From positions 66,833 to 130,832 of the forward strand of contig CAWBXT010000002.1 in assembly GCA_963792765.1 (NCBI GenBank): a stretch of DNA of 64,000 bases, read 5' to 3'. Shown here piece by piece: positions 50,231 to 58,746 of this stretch. This DNA is from an uncultured beta proteobacterium (GTDB lineage Bacteria > Pseudomonadota > Gammaproteobacteria > Burkholderiales > Burkholderiaceae_C). Under the pieces are notes generated by a model. It had not been told where the DNA came from. It saw only the letters and a list, made by a program, of their open reading frames with translations, and ran no database searches. Made by a program: the position numbers and the translations under genes. How positions within the stretch are numbered: position 1 is the first letter of the stretch; each line of letters starts with the position of its first letter.

Positions 50231-52351
50231 ATGCCGGGCAGGCCACGCATCGGCCTCGTGCTCGGCGGCGGTGGCGCGCGCGGCGCGGCGCACATTGGTG
50301 TGCTCGAAGTGCTGCAGGACTTGCGCGTCCCGGTCGACTGCATCGCGGGCACGAGCATGGGTGCACTGGTGACGGGCGTGTTCGCCTCCGGACTCTCGCC
50401 GCAAGCGATGCGCGAGGCGCTCGCGAAGGCGGACTGGGACGACATGTTCCAGGACAACCCCGACTTCTACGACATGAGTTATCGCAACAAGCGCGTGTCG
50501 CAGATTTTTTTGCCGGGGAGCGAGTTCGGCGTCACGAAGAAGGGCTTGGAGTATGCGCCCGGCGTCGTCTCGGGGCAGAAGATCAAGGCGTTCTTCAATG
50601 AACTCGTGCACGACGATCGTGGCGAAAAGCTGATCCAGAATCTGCCGATTCCGATCTCGCTCATCGCCACCAATATCGTGAACGGAGAGCGAGTCGTCAT
50701 GCGGGAAGGCAGCCTGTCGCAGGCCATGCGCGCGAGCATGTCGGTGCCGGGGCTGATGGCGCCCGTCGTGCGCGACGGTGCCAAGCTCGTCGACGGTGGC
50801 TTGGTGGACAACGTGCCGATCACTGAGGCGCGCGAGCTCTGCAAGGCCGACGTGGTGATCGCCGTCAATGTCGGCTCACCGCTGCTTCAGGCTGATCAGA
50901 TCGGCTCCCTGTTGAGCGTCTCGGCGCAGATGGTCAACATCCTGACCGAGCAGAACGTGGTGCGCTCGCTCGCGCTGCTCAAGCCGACCGACATTTACAT
51001 CAAGCCTGATCTCGAGGGCATCACCTCGGGCGACTTCAAGCTCAGTGACAAGACAGCGGAGCGCGGCAAGGATGCTGCGCTGAAGGTGGCTGATCAGCTG
51101 AGGGCGCTGTCCGTGAGCGAGGAGCAATATGCCGGTTGGGTCAAGCACATCCAAGTGACGGTGCCCCCGCCGCTGACGGTCGACGAAATCGAGTTCGCCG
51201 GCCTGAAGCGGGTCAATCCGGCGGACGTGAGTCGCAACGTGACGCAGCAGGCGGGGGCGCCGCTGGACACGCCCACGCTCAACGCCGATTTGCTTCGCGT
51301 CTACGGTGACGGCTACTACGAGAGCGTCGACTACGCGCTGCTGCGCGAGCGCGATCGCAACATCCTGCGCGTGACGCCGGTCGAGAAAGCATGGGGGCCT
51401 GACTACCTGCGTTTCGGCCTTGCGCTCATGTCGAACTCGGGAACCGGCTCCACCTATTCGCTGCGTGTCGGCTATCACAAGACCTGGGCCGACGCCCTCG
51501 GCGCTGAGTTTCTTGCGGTCGCGGAGATCGGCAATGCGATGGGGTTTGCGCTGGACTACTACCAGCCGCTCGACGCGACGCAGCAGTTCTTCTTCGAGCC
51601 GCGCGCGCTGATCCGACGCGAAAGGGTGTCGCTCTTCCAGAACGACGAACAGGTTGCCCAGTACACCGTCGTCGATGCGCTCGCGGAAGTGGCGCTCGGC
51701 GCGCACATCGGCAATCTGGGGCAGGCGAGCGTCGGCTGGCGGCAGATGCAAAAGCGCGCCGACCTCGCAATCGGCTCACCCTTCCTCCCGAATCTCGATG
51801 AGACCTTCGGCGGGCCGTTTGTCAGCATCGATCTCGATCGCAATGACCGGATCTTCAACCCACGCAACGGGTGGAGCGCGCGGGCCAGCTATTTCGATCC
51901 CACCGGCAAGGGCTACAGCAAGCTGCTTGCCGGCCTGAGCGGCGCCAAGCAGTTCGGCACCGATTGGGTCGTGCAGGCGAGGGCGAGCTACCAGGGATCG
52001 CCGGTCGGCAAGCTTCCGATCTACGACGTCGCCACGCTGGGCGGCTTCTTCAATCTGACGGCGTTCGCGCCCAGGCAGCTGACGGGCGATGACGCGACTT
52101 ACGGAGGGCTGCGCATCGAGCGTGTGCTGCGTGATCTGCCGATGGGTCTGCGCGGCGACATCAGACTCGGGGTCGCGCTCGAAGCGGGCAAGATGGGCAC
52201 GCTCTACACCGAGACCAATCGCACCGGCTGGCAGAACTCGGTCGCCCTCTATCTTGGCGGCGAGACGCCGATCGGGCCCGTCTACATCGGCTACGGCTAT
52301 TCCCCGAGCAGCGGGTACTGGAATGCGTACCTGAACGTCGGCGTGCCCTGA
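50231..52351 (+). CDS. Patatin-like phospholipase fused to a POTRA/Omp85-type beta-barrel (PlpD-like, type Vd autotransporter architecture)
   Basis: GLVLGGGGARGAAHIG and GTSMG patatin motifs, then DGGLVDN, with a beta-barrel-like C-terminal half. The likely signal peptide sits upstream in another frame (see findings). Confidence 0.85.
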   Translation: MPGRPRIGLVLGGGGARGAAHIGVLEVLQDLRVPVDCIAGTSMGALVTGVFASGLSPQAMREALAKADWDDMFQDNPDFYDMSYRNKRVSQIFLPGSEFGVTKKGLEYAPGVVSGQKIKAFFNELVHDDRGEKLIQNLPIPISLIATNIVNGERVVMREGSLSQAMRASMSVPGLMAPVVRDGAKLVDGGLVDNVPITEARELCKADVVIAVNVGSPLLQADQIGSLLSVSAQMVNILTEQNVVRSLALLKPTDIYIKPDLEGITSGDFKLSDKTAERGKDAALKVADQLRALSVSEEQYAGWVKHIQVTVPPPLTVDEIEFAGLKRVNPADVSRNVTQQAGAPLDTPTLNADLLRVYGDGYYESVDYALLRERDRNILRVTPVEKAWGPDYLRFGLALMSNSGTGSTYSLRVGYHKTWADALGAEFLAVAEIGNAMGFALDYYQPLDATQQFFFEPRALIRRERVSLFQNDEQVAQYTVVDALAEVALGAHIGNLGQASVGWRQMQKRADLAIGSPFLPNLDETFGGPFVSIDLDRNDRIFNPRNGWSARASYFDPTGKGYSKLLAGLSGAKQFGTDWVVQARASYQGSPVGKLPIYDVATLGGFFNLTAFAPRQLTGDDATYGGLRIERVLRDLPMGLRGDIRLGVALEAGKMGTLYTETNRTGWQNSVALYLGGETPIGPVYIGYGYSPSSGYWNAYLNVGVP

Positions 52352-52390
52352 TCGGGCGCCGCGGTTGCGCGCCGCGTGGTGCCCGTCGCG

Positions 52391-52588
52391 CTACCAGCGC
52401 GGGTTGCCGACCCAGTTGACGTTGCCAACGCCGATTTCGTTCGATCCGGTCATCGTGTTGCCCGGCAATCCGGCCGAAGCACCGATGCCGACGACCTCGA
52501 CGTTGTCGCTGTCGCAGCCGACCAGCGTGGTGCCAAGAAAGGACGCTGCTGCAATCAGCGTCAGGATTCGCGTGAGCCTGCTTTGCAT
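52391..52588 (-). CDS. Small lipoprotein (65 aa), function unknown
   Basis: MQSRLTRILTLIAAASFLGTTLVGC lipobox, GAAAGG SD, and 22 nt downstream of the preceding gene on the same strand. Confidence 0.6.
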   Translation of the reverse strand: MQSRLTRILTLIAAASFLGTTLVGCDSDNVEVVGIGASAGLPGNTMTGSNEIGVGNVNWVGNPRW

Positions 52589-52610
52589 AGTTGCCTTTCG
52601 CGTGCTGCGC

Positions 52611-53513
52611 TCAGGACTTCCACTTCTGCAGCGCGATCAACGCGCCACTCGGATCGGCAATCAAGGCCAGCGTGCCGTCGCGTATGTCCGGATGCGGCGC
52701 GACGAGTATCCTGCCGCCGAGCTGCTTGGCGCGCTGCGCGCTCGCAGCCGGATCGGCGACCCTCACCGACACCAGCCAGCGCGGCTGCATGCCGTCGATC
52801 GGGATGCGCATGATGGCGGCACGATCCCGGTCGCGCCGCAACACCAAATAGGGACGATCATCATCTTTCTCGGCCAGTACCTCGTAACCCGCCAGCCCCT
52901 CGTAGAACTTCGCCGCGGCACGCGGGTCGTGGACCAACTCTTCAGTCCACAGGAAGTTGTTCAGACTGGGCTGCGACGCATCTGCCGGATCACCGAACGA
53001 GGCCCGGATCAAGCCCAGTGGCGCGCCCTGCGGGTCGAGCACGATCGCCGCCCGCCCAACCTTGGGCAGTTCGAAGGCCGTGAGCAGCACTTTGCCGCCC
53101 GCTGCACGCGTCTGCTTCTCCGCCTGATCGACATCGGCGACCGACAGGAAGCTCAGCCACTGGGCGTTGGGCTGGTCGGGAGCCTGGCGCTCGGCTTTCG
53201 CGATGCCGCCGATGTAGACCCCGCCCGACTTCACGAGCGTGTAGGGTCGGCCCAGCGTGGTGCGCTCCTCATACTCCCAGCCGAACAGTTGCGCGTAGAA
53301 CGGCTTCACGAGGGCTGGATCGTCCGTCATCAGGTCGCGCCAGACGAACTTGCCGATGAGCGGGGCCTTCGAGATCGGCATGCCCGCCGACGGCGCAAAG
53401 GATGTTGACGTTGCGCAGCTCACCACCACCGCCGAGAGGCCGAGCGCCAGCGCCAGACGCACTGCGATGCGCGCTTGTCGGCGGATCCATCCGATATCGC
53501 GACGCAGAAGCAT
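52611..53513 (-). CDS. Lipoprotein with two VOC (glyoxalase/bleomycin-resistance-like) domains
   Basis: Signal plus lipobox RIAVRLALALGLSAVVVSC. Two repeats of the VOC-like pattern are present (FVWRDLMTDDPALVKPFYAQLFGW... and FLWTEELVHDPRAAAKFYEGLAGY...). Start ATG 53513 shares one base with the upstream TGA; ATG 53531 is the alternative. Confidence 0.8.
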   Translation of the reverse strand: MLLRRDIGWIRRQARIAVRLALALGLSAVVVSCATSTSFAPSAGMPISKAPLIGKFVWRDLMTDDPALVKPFYAQLFGWEYEERTTLGRPYTLVKSGGVYIGGIAKAERQAPDQPNAQWLSFLSVADVDQAEKQTRAAGGKVLLTAFELPKVGRAAIVLDPQGAPLGLIRASFGDPADASQPSLNNFLWTEELVHDPRAAAKFYEGLAGYEVLAEKDDDRPYLVLRRDRDRAAIMRIPIDGMQPRWLVSVRVADPAASAQRAKQLGGRILVAPHPDIRDGTLALIADPSGALIALQKWKS

Positions 53514-54502
53514 CAGTTCACCTTGGTCCATGACGCGTCGGGATCGTAGGTCCTGATCTGCTTCACCTTGGACGCTGTCTGCGGTCCGAGGTCCTTCTCG
53601 TACACGAGTTCACTCATGCTGCAGATGAAGGTCTTCACGCCAGAGTTGCGGTAGGTTGCGGGATAGGCGATCAATGCAACGCCGCCGATCAACTTGCCGT
53701 TGGCGAAGTAGTTCATTGCGCCGTCCGGCGCATTCTTGCCCTGGGCGGTGAGGATACGGTAGTAGTAGCCATGGTAGGGCGCGGGTACACCTTGGCGATA
53801 CTGACGGTCTGCTTCGGCGAGCAACGGCCCCGCGGGGCTCGGTGCTTCGCCTTCCTTTGTGGGCCAGTACAGTCCGTCGCGCTTGCCGGGCTTGGAGATG
53901 AAGTGCGCCGCGTACTCGAGCAAACCGTCGCCGTTGCGGTCTGCCTCGGCGTATTCGCTTTGCATGTCGACGAAGGCGCGGCAGGTCTGGATCGTGTCGA
54001 GCTCATTGCGACCGATGCGGCGCATCAGAATCTCCCGCTCGCCATCCTTGGCGTCGAAAGTCCACCCTTCTGCGGACTTGACCATCGGCACCGGCATGGG
54101 CCACTCGGTCTCGCCCGTCACGATGAAGGCCTTTGCGTCGCCCTCCATCTCCACCGCGTGCTTCTTGTCGTAGGCATCCACGAAGCTCGCCGAAGCCTTG
54201 TGATCCGCGGCGGCGTCGCCCGAGTCGACGATGCGCGCGTGGCCCGGGCCAAGCAATCGCGCGATCTGCGGCTTGTCGTCCTTGCGCATGGCCGCGACGA
54301 GCGCATCGAATCCTTCCTCCGGCGTGGGGAAGTACACCCGCTGCGCAACGGACTGCTTCGCTGCCGCAGGCGCAGATCCCGCGGCGCCACCCGGCTCGGC
54401 AGCCAGGACAGGCACGCAAAGAGCGGACATCGCGAGAGCGGCCAGCAGCGGGCGCACCTTCGCGTGCAATCCAAGAGTTTGGTGTGCTTCAGGTTTCATC
54501 AT
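53513..54502 (-). CDS. DUF2950-family exported protein
   Basis: Signal peptide MMKPEAHQTLGLHAKVRPLLAALAMSALCVPVLAA, then VYFPTPEEGFDALVAAMRKDD... and ...GYYYRILTAQG. Family recognised from memory. Confidence 0.8.
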   Translation of the reverse strand: MMKPEAHQTLGLHAKVRPLLAALAMSALCVPVLAAEPGGAAGSAPAAAKQSVAQRVYFPTPEEGFDALVAAMRKDDKPQIARLLGPGHARIVDSGDAAADHKASASFVDAYDKKHAVEMEGDAKAFIVTGETEWPMPVPMVKSAEGWTFDAKDGEREILMRRIGRNELDTIQTCRAFVDMQSEYAEADRNGDGLLEYAAHFISKPGKRDGLYWPTKEGEAPSPAGPLLAEADRQYRQGVPAPYHGYYYRILTAQGKNAPDGAMNYFANGKLIGGVALIAYPATYRNSGVKTFICSMSELVYEKDLGPQTASKVKQIRTYDPDASWTKVN

Positions 54503-54546
54503 GGCTTCCAATTGCGAAATCAGGTTCGAGGGAGGGCGACGTCGCC

Positions 54547-55842
54547 TCAGCGTCGTCCGCCACCACCTCGACCCCCGCCACCGCCAGCCCTGGCCCCGCC
54601 CCCTCTGGAGCCGCCACCGCTCATGCTCGAGTGACCGCGGCTGGAAGCCTGCCGCGTCTGTGCGCCGTTGCCGCCCGAAAACGCGTTGCCGCGATCGCTG
54701 TGGGAGGTGGCCGCATGGTTTCCACTGCCAAGGTTGGACATGTTGCGTGATGCGGTATCGGAACCTCCGCGATGGCTGGGCATGTCGCGCGTGCCGGCAC
54801 TTGCATTGCCCCGATTGCTCGCGACGTCGCGTGAGCCAGTACCTGCGCCGCCGCGATTGCCATGATCGCGCTGCGCCTCGTTCAATCCCTTGCGGTCGTT
54901 CAATCCAGCGCCGCCGAGGGAGTCGTCGCGGCCGCGGAATTGATCGCGTGCCTGCGCCGCCTGCCGATCGTGCTGCCGGTACTTGTCGCGCGAACCGGCG
55001 TCGCGGTAGGGCACCGCGCCCCGGTGGTTGACGTTGTGATTCCAGTTCGTGTTGGAAATGTTCGTCCGGTTGAAGTTGTTGTAGCGGTTGACGTTGACGT
55101 TCACGCTGTGGTTGTTCCAGCCCCAGCCCCCCCACAGCGCCGCGCCCGCTGCGATGCCGACACCCCAGAAAAAACCGCTGGCAAAGGCCGCCCCGGGCGG
55201 GTACCAGTACGACGGGTAGTAGGGTGGGTAGGCCGGATAACCCCAAGCGCCATAGACCACGGTCGGCTGATAAGTTGGCACGTAGACAACTTGTGGGTTC
55301 GCCGGCTCGATGACGATGTACTGCTTGTTGTCAGCCTGCTGGACTTCGACCTTTTGCTTGTCGTTGCTTTCCAGATGGCCCGCCGACTTCGCCTTCTCAC
55401 GCAGGGCCTGGATCGTGTCCATCACCTGATCCTGCTGGGCAAGAAAGGCGTCGCCGAGCTTTTGCGTCCAGGCCAGATCCTGGTTCATGCGATCGAGCAC
55501 ATCGGGGAATGCGGTGAGCGACTTGACGCTCTCATCCCAGGTCTGCTTTTGCAGGGCGTCCTGCAGTGCCTGATCCTTGAGCGCAGCGTTGGATTTGCGC
55601 CAGCGTGCGGCCTCTACGATCTCGAGCGGGTACGTCGAGGCCATCATCATCTGCGACAGCAGTGCGTCCGGGTAGAGCGCGATCGGTGCGAGCATCGATT
55701 CGAGTTCGCCCTGTGAGAAGGTCTGCGAAGCGGGCGCGCCCTGCGGTGCGGCTGGCGGTGGCGTCGCAGTCTGCGCCCTCAATGTCGGCGTGATCCCCAC
55801 AGCCAGCGCGAGGAAGGTAGATAGGACTGGCCTGCAATTCAT
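54547..55842 (-). CDS. DUF3300-family exported protein with long Gly/Arg/Asn/Ser-rich tail
   Basis: Signal MNCRPVLSTFLALAVGITPTLRA, then LESMLAPIALYPDALLSQMMMASTYPLEIVEAARW, the DUF3300 signature as I remember it. Start at ATG 55842. Confidence 0.8.
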   Translation of the reverse strand: MNCRPVLSTFLALAVGITPTLRAQTATPPPAAPQGAPASQTFSQGELESMLAPIALYPDALLSQMMMASTYPLEIVEAARWRKSNAALKDQALQDALQKQTWDESVKSLTAFPDVLDRMNQDLAWTQKLGDAFLAQQDQVMDTIQALREKAKSAGHLESNDKQKVEVQQADNKQYIVIEPANPQVVYVPTYQPTVVYGAWGYPAYPPYYPSYWYPPGAAFASGFFWGVGIAAGAALWGGWGWNNHSVNVNVNRYNNFNRTNISNTNWNHNVNHRGAVPYRDAGSRDKYRQHDRQAAQARDQFRGRDDSLGGAGLNDRKGLNEAQRDHGNRGGAGTGSRDVASNRGNASAGTRDMPSHRGGSDTASRNMSNLGSGNHAATSHSDRGNAFSGGNGAQTRQASSRGHSSMSGGGSRGGGARAGGGGGRGGGGRR

Positions 55843-56040
55843 CGATGAAGCTCCCTCAATTTTGGCCATTCTAGACGCGCCGATTCGGGAAACCCGCTGG
55901 TTCTGTTCAGCGAAAATTAGGATGCGCGCGCTACTCAGCCGGGCGAACGAAGCGGAGGAATTGCGCTAGGCTTGTCCATCGCGCATGTCATTCGCTCACG
56001 GCGCGCCTGGCGCGGCGCAATACCTCACACTGCGCTTCGC

Positions 56041-57234
56041 ATGAAATTCGACGTCGACCTCTACTACACGCTCACGTTTGCCGCGCTCGCGCTGGTGATC
56101 GGCTACTTGCTGATCGACCGCATCAAGCTGCTGGCAAGCTACAGCATCCCGGCTGCCGTCGTCGGTGGCTTGTTATTCGCCGGGCTGTTGACCCTGTCGC
56201 GCGCTGTCGCGAAAGTCGAGGTGGCCTTCGATGGCACCCTGCTCACCCCGCTCAACATTGCGTTCTTCACCTCGGTCGGTCTGTCGGCGGACGCGCGCGC
56301 GCTTGCCAAGGGCGGCAAGACCTTGTTGCTTTTCTTCGTTGTCGTCGCGGCCGGGCTCGTGATGCAGAACGCGATCGGCGTCGGCTTGGCATTGCTGTTC
56401 GACCTGAACCCGGTGAACGGCCTGCTTGCCGGGTCGATCACGCTTTCCGGGGGGCACGGCACCGGTGCTGCGTGGGCCGGCAAGTTCGTCGAGGAGCGCA
56501 ACGTGCAGGGCGCGATCGAACTCGCCGTCGCGGCTGCCACCTACGGTCTGGTGGCCGGCGGCGTGATCGGCGGACCGCTTGCGGGTTGGCTGATCCGCCG
56601 CCACAAACTGCGGGGGGGTGCCGCTGCGACGCAGCATGTGGCTGCGGGCCCGCTCGAAGCGATCCCGCAACGCGCGCTGATCGAAACGCTGATGCTGATG
56701 GCTGCATCGATCGCGATCGGTCTGTCGATTTACGGTGCGATCGGTGGCGGCGCGATCACATTGCCGTCGTTCATCTGGGCACTTCTGGTCGGCGTCGTCA
56801 TCCGCAACCTTCTGTCCTTGAGTGGCCTGTATCAGATCGACGATCGCGCGCTTGACCTGCTTGGCGGCCTTTCGCTGTCGCTCTTTCTCGCGATGATCAT
56901 CATGACGCTCAAGCTGTGGGAACTCGTCGACCTGGCGGGCCCGATCCTCGCGATCTTGCTTACGCAGACAGCCGCGATTCTTGCTTTCGTCGTGTTCGTC
57001 ACCTTTCCCATCATGGGCCGCAACTACGACGCGGCACTGCTCGCGACCGGCCACCTCGGCTTCGCGCTAGGTTCGACGGCGACGGCGATGGTCAACGTGC
57101 AGTCGGTTGCGGCGCGCTTCGGCGAGTCGCACCTCGCCTTCCTCGTCATCCCGGTCATGGGTGCTTTCCTGATCGACATCGCCAACGCCCTCATCATCCA
57201 GGGCTATCTGCTGCTGCCATGGTTCAACGGCTGA
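56041..57234 (+). CDS. gltS: Sodium/glutamate symporter
   Basis: MKFDVDLYYTLTFAALALVIGYLLIDRIKLLASYSIPAAVVGGLLF... A polytopic protein, GltS-like along its full length. Confidence 0.9.
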   Translation: MKFDVDLYYTLTFAALALVIGYLLIDRIKLLASYSIPAAVVGGLLFAGLLTLSRAVAKVEVAFDGTLLTPLNIAFFTSVGLSADARALAKGGKTLLLFFVVVAAGLVMQNAIGVGLALLFDLNPVNGLLAGSITLSGGHGTGAAWAGKFVEERNVQGAIELAVAAATYGLVAGGVIGGPLAGWLIRRHKLRGGAAATQHVAAGPLEAIPQRALIETLMLMAASIAIGLSIYGAIGGGAITLPSFIWALLVGVVIRNLLSLSGLYQIDDRALDLLGGLSLSLFLAMIIMTLKLWELVDLAGPILAILLTQTAAILAFVVFVTFPIMGRNYDAALLATGHLGFALGSTATAMVNVQSVAARFGESHLAFLVIPVMGAFLIDIANALIIQGYLLLPWFNG

Positions 57235-58742
57235 AGCGCTGTTGCGCGCTGGCCTGCGTGCTGTTCGCAGCACTGGCGCTGGTCGGCTGCGCGCCCCAAC
57301 CTGACGCCGAGCTCGTCCGCCAGGCCGTGCAGCAGCAACTTGACGCCGCATTCGGTGCGCGTGTACTTCAGATCGAGAGCTTCAGGCGCGCCGGGTCCCA
57401 GCCATTGCCGGGTCGCGACGGGCGTCTGGTGTACTTCGGCGCAGAGCTGAAACTGGTGTCTGACTATCACTTCGGCGATTGGGACAAGCACAACGTCGGC
57501 ACCCTGGCGAATCTGCTCGGCGCCGGCTCGAAGGGGATTTCCGGGCTTCGCGCCGAAGGCAACTTGAAGGGCGAAACGCTGCGGGTCAACGGCACCGCAT
57601 CCTTCCTTCGCGAGGGCGCAAACCAGTGGCAGCTTGTGCCGACCGCGCCGCCGCAGGAGATCGTCGCAACCGTCCCACCGGCTGCCGCCGGCGCGGCGGT
57701 GCTGCCGCGGCCGAAAGAGGCGCCGCCCCCCAGCGATGCCGAACAGGCACTCGAGGAATTGCGCGCACTGCTGCACACGCCGACAGGGCCGACGCTTTCG
57801 ACCGCCGCACGTGACGAGATCGTCACCGAAGCCGCGCAGGCGGCAGTTCGCCAGGCGCGGGCCCGCCTCTTGCGCAACGCCGACACGATTGCGCTCGCCG
57901 CGGGCCCGGCGGGCGGCGCGTACGACGAAGTAGCGCGCGCCCTCGCGGCGCGCGCCGCGAGGGCGGGGGTGTCGTTCGAGTTACCCAACAGCGATGGCAG
58001 CGTCGGCAACATCCGCTTGCTCGCCGATGGCGAAGCACAGTTCGCGCTGGTCCAAAATGACGTCGCCATGGCCGCGTTTCACGGGCGAGGCCGGTTCGGC
58101 GGTGCGGCGCAACCCGATCTTCGCGCCGTGGCAAGCCTGTTCCCGGAGGCGGTGCAACTCGTCGTGCGCGCAGAGGGCAACATCAAGAGCGTTGCTGACC
58201 TCGCGGGCCGGCGTGTCGACCTCGGTCTCAAGCACTCGGGAACGCGGGCCAACGCGCTGGCCATTCTGGCAGCGCATGATCTGACTCTCGAATCCTTGCA
58301 AGAGGTGACCGGCAGCACGCTGTCGGACGCGGTCGCCTTGCTCGCGCAGGGCAAGATCGATGCGCTCTTCACGACAGTCCACGCGCCGGCGCGCGCCTTG
58401 CAGCTCGCCGCCGCGAAGTCGAAACTGGCGTTTATCGACATCCTGCCGACCGATGCGCTGCGCGCCTCCGGTCTCGTACCTTTGAAGTTGCCCGCGCGCA
58501 CCTACGCCGGACAGGCCGAGCCGGTGCAGACGCTGGCGACGACGGCACTGCTCGTCACTCGCAGCGACGTACCCGCGAGCCAGGTCGATGCAATGCTCAA
58601 GCTCGTGTTCGAGCCTGCCAGTACGCCGCGTGGGGAAGGTTCGGCGATGGCGCAGATCGGGACCGGCACCGCACGCGAGGGGGTGGCCATTCCGTTCATG
58701 GCGGCCGCTCAAGCCTATCTCGAAAGTCACGCGCCGAGGTGA
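57219..58742 (+). CDS. Lipoprotein: unknown N-terminal domain + Pro-rich linker + TAXI-family (TRAP-type) solute-binding domain
   Basis: Signal plus lipobox MVQRLKRCCALACVLFAALALVGC. The C-terminal 320 aa are TAXI-like (GGAYDEVARALA...NSDGSVGNIRLLADGEAQFALVQNDVA...FPEAVQLVVRA). Overlaps the gltS end by 16 nt. Confidence 0.8.
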   Translation: MVQRLKRCCALACVLFAALALVGCAPQPDAELVRQAVQQQLDAAFGARVLQIESFRRAGSQPLPGRDGRLVYFGAELKLVSDYHFGDWDKHNVGTLANLLGAGSKGISGLRAEGNLKGETLRVNGTASFLREGANQWQLVPTAPPQEIVATVPPAAAGAAVLPRPKEAPPPSDAEQALEELRALLHTPTGPTLSTAARDEIVTEAAQAAVRQARARLLRNADTIALAAGPAGGAYDEVARALAARAARAGVSFELPNSDGSVGNIRLLADGEAQFALVQNDVAMAAFHGRGRFGGAAQPDLRAVASLFPEAVQLVVRAEGNIKSVADLAGRRVDLGLKHSGTRANALAILAAHDLTLESLQEVTGSTLSDAVALLAQGKIDALFTTVHAPARALQLAAAKSKLAFIDILPTDALRASGLVPLKLPARTYAGQAEPVQTLATTALLVTRSDVPASQVDAMLKLVFEPASTPRGEGSAMAQIGTGTAREGVAIPFMAAAQAYLESHAPR

Positions 58743-58746
58743 CCTG

